Shown here piece after piece: positions 62,495 to 64,000 of a stretch of DNA of 64,000 nucleotides (positions are counted from its first letter, which is position 1; each line of letters starts with the position of its first letter). The stretch spans positions 243,290,001 through 243,354,000 of the forward strand of contig NC_086097.1 in NCBI RefSeq assembly GCF_963921235.1, read 5' to 3'. The DNA comes from Mobula hypostoma. Its lineage: Eukaryota. The notes below the pieces were generated by a model, which was not told where the DNA came from, ran no database searches, and was given only the letters and a program-made list of their open reading frames with translations. The position numbers and the translations under genes were made by a program.

Positions 62495-63610
62495 ATAGAA
62501 TAGTACAGCACATTACAGGCCCTTCGGCCCACAATGTTGTGCCAACCCTCAAACCCTGCCTCCCATATAAGCCCCCAACTTAAATTCCTCCAGATACCTG
62601 TCTAGTAGTCTCTTAAACTTCACTAGTGTATCTGCCTCCACCACTGACTCAGGCAGTGCATTCCACGCACCAACCACTCTCTGAGTAATAAACCTTCCTG
62701 TAATATCCCCCTTGAACTTCCCACCCCTTACCTTAAAGCCATGTCCTCTTGTATTGAACAGTGGTGCCCTGGGGAAGAGGTGCTGGCTATCCACTCTATC
62801 TATTCCTCTTATTATCTTGTACATCTCTATCATGGCTCCTCTCATCCTCCTTCTCTCCAAAGAATAAAGCCCTAGCTCCCTTAATCTCTCATCATAATGC
62901 ATACTTTCTAAACCAGGCAGCATCCTGGTAAATCTCCTCTGTACCCTTTCTAATGCTTCCACATCCTTCCTATAGTGAGGTGACCAGAACTGGACACAGT
63001 ACTCCAAGTGTGGCCTAACCAGAGTTTTATAGAGCTGCATCATTACATCGCGACTCTTAAACTCAATCCCTTGACTTATGAAAGCTAACCCCATAAGCTT
63101 TCTTAACTATCCTATCCACCTGTGAGGCAACTTTCAAGGATCTGTGGACATGTACCCCCAGATCCCTCTGCTCCTCCACACTACCAAGTATCCTGACATG
63201 TACCTATGGAAACCTCTCTTAACTGCTTGAATCGAGCTCACATGCACCACTTGCACTGGCAGCTCATTCCACACACTCATGTCCCTCTGATTGGAAAAGT
63301 TTCCTCTCATGTTCCCCTTAAACATTTCTCCTTTCACCCTTAACCCATGACCTCTTGTTGTCGTCCCACCCAATGTCAGTGGAAAAAGACTGCTTGTATT
63401 TACCCTCTCTATACCCCTTGTAATTTTGTATACCTGTCAAATCTCTTTTCAATCTTCTGCGTTCCAAGGAATAAAGTCCTAACCTATTCAATCTTTCCAT
63501 AGAACTCAGTCCCTGAAATATACTTGTAAATTTTCTCTGTACTCTTTCAACCTTAATTACATCTTTCCTCTAGGTAGGTGACCAAAGCTGATCACAATAC
63601 TCCAAATTCT
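62495..63610 (-). mobile_element. Two adjacent CR1 3' fragments of different subfamilies
   Basis: ORFs 62549-63094, 63134-63373 and 63318-63500. Confidence 0.85.
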
Positions 63611-63611
63611 T

Positions 63612-64000
63612 CTCCGTGGATTGTCACCTTGTCGTGGTGGAGAAGCTTGTGTGGTCCTGTGATCCCGAGCGTGATGCCGTCTGGAGCTATGCTCCTGGTA
63701 GGGTCACCCATGGTGGTAAGGTCGAGGGTGAGGTCCCTGACAAAGAACAATCCAACCAAGGCCTCAATGGTGGAACAGACGGACAAAGTTACTTCGAACT
63801 CAACGGCTGTGAAGGCGGATGAAGGCTGCAACAAATCTGGCAGCTCCAATCATTGTGGTTTCCATGCCATTGGAACCAGTTGGTTGATTTGTGAAGTATC
63901 GTGTGCTTCTTGGAGTGCAACATCAAGTACACATTAAACAAATACACACACAGGCGGCTTCGCTCTGTGGGCCACTTCTTCAGAATAAAGACCATCATCC
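63612..64000 (+). mobile_element. 5' region of an RTE-clade (BovB/Expander-like) element or an RTE-derived SINE
   Basis: caccttgtcgtggtggagaagcttg...atgccgtc...ggtagggtcaccca...aaggtc...ctgacaaa resembles, from recall, the conserved RTE 5'UTR. Confidence 0.5.

Noticed and set aside
1..64000. CRISPR arrays, rRNA genes or prokaryotic operons
   Set aside because: No regularly spaced repeat-spacer array or rRNA-like sequence was seen. The window is intron- and TE-rich eukaryotic DNA.

Overview
Vertebrate genomic DNA, most likely from a cartilaginous fish. This is inferred from the repeat set: HE1/V-SINE-like SINEs, CR1 LINEs with (ATGTTTCT)n or (ATGGTTTCT)n tails, and Rex1/Babar and Penelope-like elements. 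The window contains one host gene, on the minus strand: a secreted TNF-receptor decoy of the osteoprotegerin (TNFRSF11B) / DcR3 (TNFRSF6B) group. Three coding exons with compatible splice phases are clear (20402-20795, 18199-18414, 4329-4657). A candidate first exon contributes only the ATG (36517-36519) and lies behind an AP-1/TATA-like promoter. The joined model is 313 aa: signal peptide, four cysteine-rich domains, a single death-domain-like region and a basic tail. Most of the remaining sequence is nested transposon debris: CR1, Rex1/Babar, Penelope-like elements, a HERO-like RLE-type retrotransposon split by two later insertions, nested hAT MITEs, a Tc1 remnant, a probable Academ end, a possible solo LTR and SINEs. 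The most notable non-coding signal is a family of minimal type I hammerhead-ribozyme motifs in the Penelope terminal repeats. It includes very short TSD-flanked insertions and a fold-back copy. Family names come from motif recognition only; no database searches were run.
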